DNA of 63,015 nucleotides, filler included, from Cercozoa sp. M6MM (Eukaryota; Protista; Endomyxa: Ascetosporea): assembly GCA_040357565.1 (NCBI GenBank). It is 10 parts of 10 records of this genome, joined end to end, with 100 filler letters (N's around TTAATTAATTAA, not from the genome) between each part and the next. Parts side by side here need not be neighbours in the genome. Positions count along the whole stretch, not along the records: positions 25,778 to 30,050 come from JBDODJ010001186.1; positions 30,151 to 46,378 come from JBDODJ010000291.1; 8 more parts are not named here. One strand, 5' to 3'. A program made the translations under genes and the position numbers. The notes below the pieces were generated by a model. The model was given only the letters and a program-made list of their open reading frames with translations. It did not search any database and was not told where the DNA came from. Shown piece after piece: positions 25,816 to 38,109 of the stretch. The number at the start of each line of letters is the position of its first letter. Position 1 is the first letter of the stretch.

Positions 25816-26454
25816 CCCGGCAAGATCGGCGTTGCCGTAGGCGCCTTTGCGTCGATCTGGGGTGCCGGCGAGGTACTTTACCCGCCTCTTTACCCCCTCT
25901 TTACCCCCTTTTACCCATTGTACCCCCCTCCCCCCCTGTGAGACAGGTGATCAACGTTTGGCACCGATCGGCCCTCGTGGATGACGTGCTGACGCTGCCG
26001 CTGTCGTCGCACATCAAGCAGGCCACGCTGCTGACGTAGCACTACTCTGTGTTAAGGGGGCTACTTCTCCCTGTTAAGGGAGCCACTGCTCCTTTTAAGG
26101 GGGCCACTGTTCTTCGTTTAAAGGGTGGCTGTGACTATTTTTAATGACGTTGGTTTAGAATGAACCGAAGCGAGATGCGAGACGTCTGGGGCGCTTTCGA
26201 CGCACGTTTCGGCCCGCGTCGCTGGCGACTGCTGAAGTCGTCCGAGCTGCTCCGCGAGTTCCGAGAGGTTTCCGCGCTCTTTCTTCTTTCTCTGTGTTGC
26301 TTTTCTGCTCGATCAATCCAATTGGACTGGACAGGAGGTCGTCATGGACAGGAAACTCTTCGACGAGAGCATGGTCGAGGGCGCGCTCTACTTTACGCGA
26401 CAGCTCACGGGCAACCAGCCACACCAACTGCCTATTGCTTCTGAGACGGAATAG
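25816..26454 (+). CDS. 3' end of a hypothetical protein
   Basis: Four in-frame exons ending ...QLPIASETE*. One intron holds about four degenerate ~22-bp repeats (26040-26130). Confidence 0.5.
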
Positions 26455-26639
26455 AGCGAGCTGACAAGAGTTTTTTGTATCTGAACGTAGATAACCGGAA
26501 ATAATGAGCGCCGTGTGTTTCTACGGATAAATTAAAGAAAAGCGCCACGGCATAGGACCTGCAAGAAGCTGCGTGAAACACTTTAACAGACTGCCGCTTA
26601 ACCTGGGATGACATTACAGTCACTTTGGGACGAGGCATG

Positions 26640-29077
26640 TCGCATCGATGTGAGGCACGAGGCAGATTTACTCGAACGTGATTTGGCAGGTAGTTTCTCC
26701 TTGTGTCATAGACCAACACTGTTGCACGGATACCATTGGTGTAGGACTGGTGCTGGCGAAGGCCGGCAGTGACGATACGACCGAGTTTCTCAATGTACAC
26801 TCAGCATGTGCTTACTGTGGAGGCAGTGGTTGAGGATCTTGCTTGATTCAGAAAGTGTACGCCGACGATGTCGCGCTATCGTACGCGCAGTTTTGCGACA
26901 GGTACGCGCGGGTCAAGGGTTCTGCGCCGCGAATGCGAGCGAAACACGTCGATTCCGATGCTGTGCAGCATTGGCAGGTGTGTCACTCTTCAGTTGGTTG
27001 GCTTGACTTTTTCGACCTTGTGGGACACTTGCAGTTGCGAGTGGATGCACGACTGAGACTCGGTGACGATGCATTCAGCCGTATCGAACGCAAGTGGCGT
27101 ACACTCTTTTACAACTTTAGTTTTGACTAAAGCTTTACTGTTTACTCTGTTGTTCCGACAGAGGAGCTGAACACGACGAATCCCGATAAATCGCGCGGTT
27201 TCGTTCGCTTTGTGCACTTCGAGAAGGTACTTTTTGATGCTCCTGTCTGCATAGTCTGTTTATTTGTGTTTGCAGGTTTTGGGCGCCAAGTTGAGCGCCG
27301 CCGGACTGAAGGCTGCCGAACGTGATCGTACACTGCGCGACACGTGGGCCGAGATGGATGTCAGGTGTCTCAAAGCTTGTTTCGCTTTTTTAATTTTTGT
27401 TTTGTTTATTTAAAGACTTATGTAACAGTGGCCGTGATGCGCTTTATTTTGACGACTACGTTGCCTACCACTCGGTAGTGCGTACTCCATCTACCAATGA
27501 CATTAGACTCTTGTATTTGTTTTTTATTGTCGCAGGCACAAATACCAGACGCACCATCAATCTCCCTGAATTCTTCCCTCGAATCTGTCGGTGCTTTCTT
27601 CTGTAATCTGTGTCATTTAACTTGCTCACGTCTCTAACTTGTCAAAGGTCCAATCAGCACCGATGATGAGGTATATTACCTGAGTAGACGTGCCATTCAA
27701 TGTGTTACCATTGTGACTATACAAGTCAAGCACAGGTTCGGGAACTGCGAGATGCTTTGGCGCAACTGCAGCGAGAGCGCGATCAACTACAGCACCTGCT
27801 CCGCCGATCACACACACAGACTGCCGAATTGAGACAGCGACTCACGGAACTCCACCATCTGGTAATTTATGATGTATTGATCCAACTCTGTCAGCCAGTC
27901 AAAACCGTCTCATTCGAACAGAAGCAGCAACACTCCCAGTCGCAACAAGAACTTCAAATTAGTGCTGCCAGAGCTCAAGCGGCGCAATCCGAGTGCGATC
28001 ATGCCGTCCAACACGTATTTTCTCTATAGGCTAAATACGATCAATATCCACAACAATTCTAGTGCGAGTCATTGGAGCGCCTGCTCAACGCACGAAATGA
28101 TGAGGTGCGAACACTACGTCAGCGCTGCGAACAAAAGGAATCGAAAATCGCGCAGGGTACTGGTGTTTATCCGCAGATTGCGTGACTGCGACGTGTGTCA
28201 CGGTTGATTTTTTAGTTCGCGAAGAAAACGAAAGATTGTCAAAACAGGCCGAAACGAATGAAAGCGAGTTGAAAGCGACACGCGCTCACTGCGCTGTAAC
28301 TTCTGCCTGGCGTTTTTACTTTTTGGGCATCATAATTTTGGCTGTTCAGTTTACATTCTTGGCTGTTGTTGCAGAGACTGGAAGAACGTCTGCACGAGCA
28401 GGAGGAAGAAAATGTCGAAGTGAGGCGGCACAACGCTGAGCTGTATCTTTCTTGCCCAGTGCTTCTTGTTTTAACTCTCTACTTTGACCTGGTTAGACGA
28501 GTAGCGCGTGAGGAAGCCTTGGGACAGGTGCAAGCACTTTCGACCGAGTGCGAGACGCTGCGCAAGTCGAAACAAGTGCACGTCAGGACTATCGATAACT
28601 TGCATGGTTTTTGTTACTCTATCGTGCACATGCTCAAAGCTGCACACGTGTTTGCTTTTTACAGAGACCGTGGACCGTCTTCGAAAGAGTAGCGGCGCAC
28701 AGATGCGCGAGTTGCGCGAGTACGCTCAAAGCAAGCGACAGCTGCAGTCACGGGTAGGCAGCCTTTGCTTCTCTTTGTCTCCTCGCTACTGCTACTCTCC
28801 GCAGACCAGCGAACTTGAGCACGAACGCGACGAGTTGCGGTCGCAGGTGCGCCAGCTACAGCAGGACAAGGACCTCCTGTCGCAGAGCACGACGTTCCAC
28901 GACTCTGATCTCACGGAAGAAACGCTCACGCTGGCTGGTGATCTTGTGCTGACTTGCGACAGCGATGGCTTGCATATTCGCGCCGACAGTGCCGCTGACT
29001 CTGCTGCGGGACAAGATCAGTGGTCGCGCGACTGTGCCCTTGCGTCGGCGTTTCTGCAAACTGTGAAAGCTGTGTAA
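26640..29077 (+). CDS. EF-hand-like plus long coiled-coil protein
   Basis: WAEMDV|SGRDALYFDDYV EF-hand-like loop, followed by heptad-rich exons (VRELRDALAQLQRERDQLQ...ELEHERDELRSQVRQLQQDK). Start uncertain. Confidence 0.55.
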
Positions 29078-29342
29078 TACTTCGTTTGCAAACTAATTTT
29101 CTAGCACGCCATAGCAATATTTGGGTTAAAGGTGGCAGACACCAGACAACACAGCATACAGTTCTTTTTTTATCAATTTTTTGAGCGGAACGATGATTGT
29201 AGCCAGCTGTGAAGGCTGTAGAGCGTATCGTGCTATCCGTTTAGTCAGTGGCGTGTATTTGGTGCGAAAGTGCGCTGGCAGTATCTGTTAGGCGCCCTAG
29301 TGTTTGTTTGATCAGCTCCCAGGGTCCGGGGTGTTTTTGGCG

Positions 29343-30050
29343 ATGCAGTTGAGCTCGCAGTATGTGCTATGGTGCGTGCACCCGGACCAAGAGGGTTATG
29401 AGCCAGTTGCGGTACCGAATTGAATTTTGAGGCAATTATCGTTTTTGTGTGACATGTTTTTCCGTCAGGTGTCGTCGGTTCGGACGCTGCGCGAGTTCTG
29501 GGTACGTTGCGTGTGTGTTTGTGTTTGCGTCTGTGCAATCTGTGTGTATGTGTGTGTTGACAGTCGCTGTACGCGCATGTGCGCCGACCAGCCGAACTAG
29601 GCAAGCGTGCGCAATACCACTTCTTCCGTGAGGGGTACCTTTGGATGTCTGATACCTGTGTTGCAATTGTATGTGTGTGTATGTCGCCTTGCTGCCTGGC
29701 ACAGGTGCGAACCGCGCTACGAGGACGAGCAGCACAAGCACGGCGGTCGGTGGTGGGTACGTCCTTCTCTAGATATACCGTATACACTATATGGATTATG
29801 TATTATATATACTAGATGGAGATATAGATGGATAGATAGATATAGACATGTGTAGCTGCGTGTGCCGCTGGCCCTGGCTGACCGTGCCTGGGAAGCTCTG
29901 CTGCTGTGCGTTGTCGCTGGTCACTTTGACGTTGGTAGCTTTGGCCTTACTCCCTTTAACTCCTTTACCCCTTACCCCCCCCCCCCCCCAGGACCAAACG
30001 ACGAAAGCGACTTTATGGGCGCCTCGATCTCCATCAAGAGTACACCGAGT
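29343..30050 (+). CDS. eIF4E-family cap-binding protein, divergent, 3'-truncated
   Basis: MQLSSQYVLW...EGY...TLREFWSLYAHVRRP...YHFFREGCEPRYEDEQHKHGGRW...DRAWEALLLCVVAGHF...FMGASISIK. Confidence 0.88.
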
Positions 30051-30468
30051 NNNNNNNNNNNNNNNNNNNNNNNNNNNNNNNNNNNNNNNNNNNNTTAATT
30101 AATTAANNNNNNNNNNNNNNNNNNNNNNNNNNNNNNNNNNNNNNNNNNNNTCGCCGCCCGGCTAAAGGTGTGCTACGTCGGCGCTTGAACGCCGACTCCC
30201 AGACGACGTCGTGCCGTGTGCCGTCGTCGTCGTCTCCGCGATCCTGTAGCAACCATGACGTATCGATCGTCGCTGTCGACGTCAGTCTGCCACTGTGTGA
30301 CGCCCGAGACTTTGACGCGGAGGGTCGCTGGACGCCAACCAGGACTGAGTCGAGACTGCTGCAGGGCGAACGTTGACGCCAAGGGAGTCTGCGTGGACGT
30401 GTAGTGAACGACCTCGTACCCCAATGACGCACGTTTGACGGCTTCGTGTCGCCAAGCTTCAACGTTCT

Positions 30469-30491
30469 TAGAAGACTGAACTAACTAACTA
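30469..30491 (-). promoter_or_regulatory. Shared 3'-UTR motif TAGTTAGTTAGTT(C/G)AGTCTTCTA (second copy at 42917-42939)
   Basis: 22/23 identity between copies lying about 70 and 79 nt downstream of the LETM1 and listerin stop codons. The regulatory role is inferred. Confidence 0.45.
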
Positions 30492-30560
30492 CGTGGATGA
30501 ACAAAGATTAGCAGATTAAATATGACACAACAGACGAAAGTTTAGTAAACTCAACAAGGC

Positions 30561-33500
30561 TTATTCCGGCTTCTACCGCACAGACACAGGCAGGTAGATA
30601 TAAAAAAGGACAAACAGGGTGGTAGTACCAAAGCCTCCTTGACCTCCTCGTGCTTGTGCTGAAGTTCCTCCTGCTGCTGCTGGATTTCCTCGAGGTCGAG
30701 CGCCTGTTTTTCGGCCTCGATGGTGGCGATCATGTGGTCCACGTGATCGCTCAGCTTGGCGGCCTGTAGCAGCTCGACACGCGTCTCGTCCAGCGACGAC
30801 AGGTCCTGCTCTTCGAGCTCTCGCACCAGCTCGTCCGCCAGCTCGCGCAGACTCTCGTCCGTCATCTGGGGGCAGGGGGGGGATGTAAAGGGTAGGGGGT
30901 AGCACGAGGGAGAGGTACCGTGTTGGCGGCGTCGCCGAGACGATCGCGCACGAAGCGCAGTGCCGCAATGACGCGCTCGGCGTGCTTGTCCTCGTCCTCG
31001 GCGACGGCCACGTCGAGCTCCTGCCGCAACTCGTAGGCCTGCATACCAACACAGACACACAGTACAGATGGACCACAGTTCTGTGTTGCCACCCCACAGT
31101 GTAGCCACTAGGTAGGCAGGGAAAAGAAACAGACCCGCTGCTCCAGGTCCTCGAGGAACATGAGTCGCTCGGTGCGCTGCTCCATCTCGTCGTCCAGTTC
31201 GAGTGCCTGGGGGGGGGGGGTAAGAGGGTAAGATAGAGGGGTAAGATAGAGGGTAGAGGGAGGTAAAGACAGTCTACCTTGGCCTTGATGGCCTGCAGAC
31301 GCACTTCGATATCGTCGATTGGTTCCTCAGTCGCATTCGCGATTTCTTCCTGCATCCGGGGTAGCAGGGGTAGAGGGTAAGGATAGGGGGTAAAGCCACA
31401 CACCTCCTGCAACCGCAGCTCCTCCTCCAGAGCGAGTCGGCAGGCCTCGCGTGCCTCGCGTGCGCGGCGTGCCTCGTCCTGCTGCGCGCGCTCCTCGGCC
31501 TGCCGGTCAATGTCGCCGTCGTAGCCGGCCTGCGTCACCAGGGGGTAAAGAGGCAAGGTAAAGAGGCAAGGTAAAGAGGCAAGGTGGGGATAAAGCTAAC
31601 CTGCTCAGCCACGCGCGTTTCTTGCTCAATGCGCTCGTTGTTTGCACGGATAACCGCCTACATTCGGAGAGGGAGGTAAAGAGGGATTAGGGGTAAAGAG
31701 GAGTAAGGATGGGGTAAGGCCGGAGTAAAGGGGAAGGAAGGGGTAAAGCTTACAGCCTCCTTCTCGCGATCGTCGACACCAACACTCTCGACGAGCACCT
31801 CATCGATGGCACTACACAGGAGAATTAAAGCGAAGGGGAAAAGAAGGTAAGGGAGCTACCTCTCTTCGAGACGCTGGATGGCCGCACCAACTGCTGCTGT
31901 TGGGTCCTATCCAGCAGGGCGAGGGGTAAAGAGGGGTAGGAGGGTAGGAGGGTAGGTTACCTCATCAGGCACCGCCTCATTGATGCGCAAGGCACCACTG
32001 AGCACCAGCAGCGACGGCGGCACCTTGTGCACCACCGACAACTCCAGCCATCTGGGGGGGGGGGGGGAAACGAATAGGGGAGGAGGGGGAGGGGGGGGGG
32101 GGGGGGGCAAACTACCGACGCAGGTTGCGACGCACGGCCCACGTGTTGAGACCGAAGCTGCGCATGCCTCGATCGCGGCACGCCTGGCGAATCTCGTCGC
32201 CGCTCATCGATTCGATGCCGCCCTCCCTGCACACCAAGGAAGGGCGTAAAGAGGAGGGTAAAGAGGGGGTAAGATGGGATGGTAAGACTACTTGATGATC
32301 TGCAGGTCATCCTGCCGCAGACTCTCCATCTTGGCGTTCAACAGTCGCACCAGCAGCACGTCGGGACCGATCGGTCGCACGCCCATGTACCGGCACATTG
32401 CCTCCTACACACCGGGGGGGGGGGGGGGGGCAACCACCGGGACACACCGGCGGGGCGGGTAAATAGGGGGGTAAACCAGCTCCCGCCGACCCATGCTGTC
32501 GAGTGTGGCGTCGTCGCTGAAGAGCGGCGCGATGCGCAGAATCATGTCGTTCGTCACGTCCTCGCGATGACGCACCTTGGCCATAATCTCGCTCACCTAC
32601 AGGACCTCCAGAGGCGCGGCTACTCGGGGGGTAGGAAGAGGGTAAGGGGGGGGGGGGGTAAGAGGGAGTAAAACGCACCTCCTCGACACTGACTGCCGTG
32701 CGCAGATCCGTCGCCATCGACGACACCGTCTCCTGTCACCATGGGGTGGGGGTATGGGGTGAAGGGGTCGGGGGGGGGGGGTAAACTGTCCTACCTGCAA
32801 GAAACTGGCCATCTCGAGTCGCGCGTTCAACTGCGCTCGCACGCGCGCATCCTTATGCGCCTCCGTCTACTCGGGGGGAGGGTGTAAATGGGTTAAAAGG
32901 GCGCAAAAGAAGAGGTTTAAAGGGGCAGTGTTGAGAGGGCAAAAAGAGAGGTTAAAAGGGGGCAAACAGGGAGGTTAAAAGGGGGCAAAGGGAGGTTAAA
33001 AGGGGTTAGACACCTGCATAGTGGTCGGCAGCATCTCGGGGAAGACCTTGATGGCCACGGGCAGGAACACCTCGCCGAACGGAATGATGATGAAGGGCGC
33101 GAACGGCACCAGACGCAAAATGTCGGCCACCGTGCGCTGCAGCTGCCGCCGCTCGCGACGCGTCATTGCCTTGCCGCGCAGCAGCTTTCTGCTCGTCGGG
33201 GGGTAAAGGGAGAAAGTGGTAAGGGGGTGGCAGGGGGGTAATGAACTACCGATTCACAATCTTGGAGGCAGTGGCCACATCGGTCGACAGCAGTTTCGCA
33301 CCGGCCCAGTAGTGCTTCATCTCGGCCACCTGGTCAAGTCAACACAGGTCAAGTCAACACAGGTCAAGTCAACACAGGTCAAGTCAGACACAAAGACAAA
33401 AACTCTCGTCTCGACTTACAATGTGTTTCCATGACTCTGACGTCTTCTTTCGCAGACGCACCTGCGGGAGTGGCAAGGGGTACAGGGGAGGGGGTAGGAA

Positions 33501-33976
33501 AGGGGTAAGAGAGGGGTAAGGGAGGGGCAAAAGGGCAGCCTACCGGGTCGCGCAGCAGCGCGAAGAAGGAGCGCAGCATCGCACGCACTCGGCGCAGCAG
33601 ACGCGAGAACAAACTCAGCGTTGGCGCCTTGGATCCCCTCACCTACGACACAACAGTACTACCCTGCCCTACCTATATCCCTCTTCCCTACCCTACCCCA
33701 CCCCCTGCCCTATATCCCTTACCCCCCTACCCCCTAACCCGACCTCCAGACCGCACATACCTTATCGGCACTGGAGGGAGCGTCCGACGGCGACACGGCC
33801 TTCTTGGCCTTGTTAGCGGCACCGGCGTTGTTGCCACTGGAAAAACGCCAGGCACGGCGACGCATCGTGTTGCCAGCTCCGTATCCGCGCGGAAGCTTGC
33901 TGCCGCCGGCGTAGCGCCGCATACCGACGCGACGAATAGAAGCGGCGCCAACCGTCGCAACACGTCGGAAGGACAT
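30561..33976 (-). CDS. LETM1: LETM1/Mdm38 mitochondrial inner-membrane protein
   Basis: Arg-rich presequence, EMKHYWAGAKLLSTD, TRRERRQLQRTVADILRLVPFAPFIIIPFGEVFLPVAIKVFPEMLPTT, ACRDRGM, WLELSVVHKVPPSLL and a C-terminal coiled coil. Confidence 0.95.
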
Positions 33977-34142
33977 CACTCTTCACTTTTACACTCACAC
34001 GTTTCGGCACTTTCGGTTCTTTGGCCTCGTTGCCTTGATCGTTTTCGCGCGTTTCTCTCGGGCCTCGCGGTCACACCGGCCACAAGTCAAACTGCCCACA
34101 CCCCAAACTTGCTCACTTGCTTTCTCAGCCCACTGACACGCT

Positions 34143-36223
34143 TTATGCCAATCCTCGGAGTAAGCACACACCACAGTACACACTTGGCTCACAAGCAGCA
34201 CACGGGTTTCGCAAAATCTCATCTTCATTCGACCCCCAATGGAAAATCTGGCACCAGCCAATGTGTCTGTAGCGTAGATCATGTACCTGTATTCTTTTCG
34301 CGGTCTGCACGAGCACAAAAGAAGTCTCAAAATCAGATAGCTGCTGTACCGGCTCAAGCATGCGGGCCGAGTCGATAGAAACTGATTCTGTTTTGCCGCT
34401 TGCTGGTGTTTGTTTTTTGCAACAACACGATCAAGTATTGTTGATCTCGTGCGTTGACTTCACTGTAAATCATGCTACGTCACTGTTAAGCAGTCAAATT
34501 AGTTCTAAACGAAACGGCCGCAGGGGAGTCGACCTGGCTACCGGCACGAACTGGAAGCGCAAGAACCTGCCCTAAATTACTCGGAGAAATCACGCAGGAT
34601 GCAGGCCGTAATGTCGACTGAGCACCGACTGGATATGACCCACGAGCAAAATCAGACAAACAATACCTTAGTTTCAGGCGGAGCGCTGCATTACACGCAG
34701 CGCGCAGCGAGCCTCGGAAACCTAACATGGAGTGTTCCCTTGATATCGTATGTCGCACAAAACACAACTAAGATCAGTTCAAGCCCACCTGCTCGCGGTC
34801 GAGACGTTCTCCAACGCAGAATTCGGCAATCTATGACACGAGAAGTCAGCAACAGCACACAACGAGAAAGAAAGCAAACAGTGTGTGAGACGAGTTCGTC
34901 ACTTGCAGTGCGCTCCAAAAGAGCCTCGCGGATGTCCTCCGTTCGAAGATCCCACACTACGGAAGAAACACACCAAATAAATACACTAAGGTTAACGAGT
35001 ATAGTTGATGGCAGTCAGTACCAAAGCGAAGTGCGTTGCGGTAATCTTCAACGCCGTCGTTCACAAAGTACATAAGCATATCACCACGGTGTAATTTTGC
35101 TGCCTTGTCCTGTCCAACCAATCACATGCCGGGCACAACTAGTCAAACAACACGGCTAGTCGCCACAAAAACTAACCTGAACTCGACCGTGGAACTCGGC
35201 TCCGCACTGGACCAAGTTGCGCACACGGTCCATCTGTTTAAACAACAAAACCAAGAATCCAAACAAGTCTCAAGCATGCCTGCCGTTATTTGAAAACACC
35301 TGACGCAACACGACAGCACTTTCAAGCGGCGATTTTGCTCTCTTCACACGCTCGCGGATGATCTGTCAGCACAAGAATATCAGCATAAATTGTCAATTTA
35401 CGGTCTCTATGGGAGAGGTTTTACATTGGCATTCAAGGAGAAATCATGTCGATTGTTGTCACCTTGAAGATCCACATCAAAATGGTGATTCACGAATGCA
35501 TAGAAGAGCGATAGCGTCTCGCAGCGCATCAAGGTGCCCAACTGAACACAGTATCAGAAATACACGACCACAATGAACCACAACATTCGACCAGCACGCC
35601 GAGTTATCAACTAGCTTTTGTTTTACGAGAAGTTCTGACAAGGTTTCATCTTCAACAGCATAGTGCAACGCGGATTCACCCTGATACGACGAACAGCCTC
35701 ATATAAACCGAAACGGCAAGCAGAGAAGAAACTGAGCATACCCCATCATCGACAACAAAAGGCGAAATTCCGCGAACCGACATCAAAACTAAATTTATAA
35801 AAATAACAACGCTGGCTCGAGGCAAACACAGTTTAAAAAAACATAAGAACCATCAATAAGCTCAGCTCGGTTTTTTCGGCATGCTTCCTAAATTTAGTCC
35901 AACAATACAAAGTGGACGGCTGAAGCAACTGAGCGTAAAATCTACCATGAGCAAAGTGCGTTCGCGAAAGCAACGCCACTGCGCCACCTCTCGTGCGCTC
36001 GCTTCGTTCTGAACAGTACGAACACTAATTTTCGAAAAAAAATCTGTGAGAATTTACCAACTCGCACTCTCGGGCAGCCACAGAGATGACTTGCTTTGCC
36101 TGAGAGGAAAGCGAAATCAAAAACACGATCGGTGCACGCACAACTCACAGGCTATAATACTTGTTCCGAAGGGAGGTCCAACGCGCGCGCAATTCGGTGG
36201 GCGACACCGTGGCTTCTCGACAT
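34143..36223 (-). CDS. Ankyrin-repeat protein with a C-terminal CxxC-x5-CxxC motif
   Basis: RTLLM|EACRKNRAELID and GESALHYAVEDETLSELLV; ends ...NPCAACEPSVYCGVCLLRGLA*. Internal exons partly unresolved. Confidence 0.55.
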
Positions 36224-36613
36224 TGTTTTGTTTGTTCCAACAAATCTCCAAAATTGTACCAAGCCCGAAGCACTGACACTGACTAGCAGACTTTCGTAAT
36301 AAAACTGAATCTGTTCAAGCTACTAGCACTTCTGTACAGTATGTACAGTATGTAACAGGATGAATTATTGAACGGAAACTGACGGAATATTCAAAGAAAT
36401 CCTATCTTCGAATGGACAGTTTCCGCTACCTACGTTCGCTACCCGTTAGAAAATATGATTTCTTTAGCATTAGAGGATATTATTACTTTGCAGTCCGCAG
36501 CCCGTCAATTCCCATCGCGACATAATTTAAAGTCGGACGTCAGTTAAGTAGCTTCGTAGCACGGCGCGTATTGAGCGAAAAGTTGAACTGAATTGAACTT
36601 ACCGCTTCAGTCT

Positions 36614-36871
36614 TAGTCCGACGTCGACTCGGGGCCAAGGCGCTTCTCCCGATCCAACAGCGAAAGTCGACTCAGCATGGGGAGAGAAGAAGTAGACGCG
36701 CACGGTGTAGCGCGTCAGCGCACTGAAAGGCTTCAGGAGCAGCGACGCCCGCGCTAGCAGATAGCGGCGGTCGCCTCGTATTCCTCGTCACCGTGGGTCA
36801 GCGGTGGGAACTTCAGTCAGCGGCAAGATCCTGCAAATCCTCGATCACGGTTAGGCATAGATATCGGACTA
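36614..36871. ncRNA. Candidate structured RNA element, family and strand unknown
   Basis: Terminal stem TAGTCCGACGTC/GATATCGGACTA encloses consecutive hairpins at 36695-36716, 36723-36736 and 36742-36774. No ORF of 60 aa or more is listed here. Confidence 0.35.
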
Positions 36872-36999
36872 GCAGCTTCGCTACAACTTTGATCAAGCAA
36901 CGTTCCGTTCAGTTAAATTCTATGTAGAACGAGCTCTCAAAAACAGTCTCCGAATCGCCAATACAATCTCCAGCGCGTGCCGTGCGGTCTGTTCCAGAC

Positions 37000-37920
37000 T
37001 TACTTGCCGAACTCGCTGAGGGCGACACCAGCGCCGTTGTACACGATACCCGTGGTCTGCACACAATAAGGTAGGGATAACACACAGCAAACAGGGAGAT
37101 CAAGATGGGCTACCTGGAAGGCCTTAATGTACTTCATGACGTCCTTGAGCAGGGCGCGGCAGCCGTTGACAAAGGCGCGGTGCACCTCCTTGTCGTCGGC
37201 CTCCTTGGTGGCCACGAGCACCTTGTTGAGGTAGAAGTCGGCCGCCTGCAGCTGCGCCTCGACGATGCCGCGCGGCGCCGGCTCCACCGTGACCCAGGCG
37301 ATGCCCTGGATCCACTCGGCAAAGGCCTGCGCGTGCAGGCCCGTCGCACCGCGCCTGCACCATGCGGAATCATCATCGCACACCCATAGGGACACACGCA
37401 GACACAAAGGGATACATACAAACACAGACACAAACACGCAAACACAGCCAGACACAGGGGCAGCAGCAAGAGCAAAGCCTACGTGTCCTTGGACTGAGCA
37501 GCAGCGATGGCGTCGCACGCCGGCTTGAGGAAGGCCAAGAGCGCCTCGGGCGTCGGCTTCTTGCAGGACGGAGCGGCTGCGATGAGCGCCGTGATGTTGT
37601 CGTACGCCGACTTGGTGAGCGACTCGAACTCGCCGTCGATGCTCTTCATGGCCTCGAGCAGCGGCGGCAGGTGCTCGTCCATGAGCTGCTGCCACGCCGA
37701 CACCGACGCCGGCGTTGAGTCGTCGTCCGAATCCACGTCGGCCAGCGCTGAGGCAACCACGTTCTTGCCAAGCTTGGTCGCCAGGGCCTCCAGGCGGTCA
37801 CAAACCTACCGAGCACCATACCCTTCATACCTGACACCCAACCCAGCAGCAAACTTCCGCGCAAAGAAAAAACTTGCACACCTTCTCCAGACGCTCAACC
37901 AAAGCCTCCTGCGACGACAT
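37000..37920 (-). CDS. Cyclase-associated protein (CAP/Srv2), N-terminal half only
   Basis: MSSQEALVERLEK|VCDRLEAL (RLE motif) and the helical folded domain (CKKP, AFAEWIQGIAWVTVEPAP, AADFYLNKVL, YIKAFQ|TTGIVYN), then a stop. Confidence 0.9.
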
Positions 37921-38109
37921 TTTTTGACTGTACAATTGCTAGTGGCCGAATTAGCACAAAAACACTGCCCAGAACACCTGTGCACGTGTCGTCTATGTGG
38001 ACGGGTCAGATGGACAAAAGTAACAAAAAACTGTCGGCGCTCCGTGGCTAGACCTTGACTGCCAAATCCTCTTTGCGTGTTTCGCGTATCGACCTCACCC
38101 AGACCAAAA

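Noticed and set aside
26040-26130. Short ~22-bp repeats as a CRISPR-like array
   Set aside because: They are degenerate tandem units without unique spacers, inside a spliceosomal intron of a eukaryote.
36595-36610. ACTTACC as the 5' end of U1 snRNA
   Set aside because: There is no stem-loop I GAUCAC, loop II AUUGCAC or Sm site at the expected spacing. It reads equally well as a minus-strand donor.
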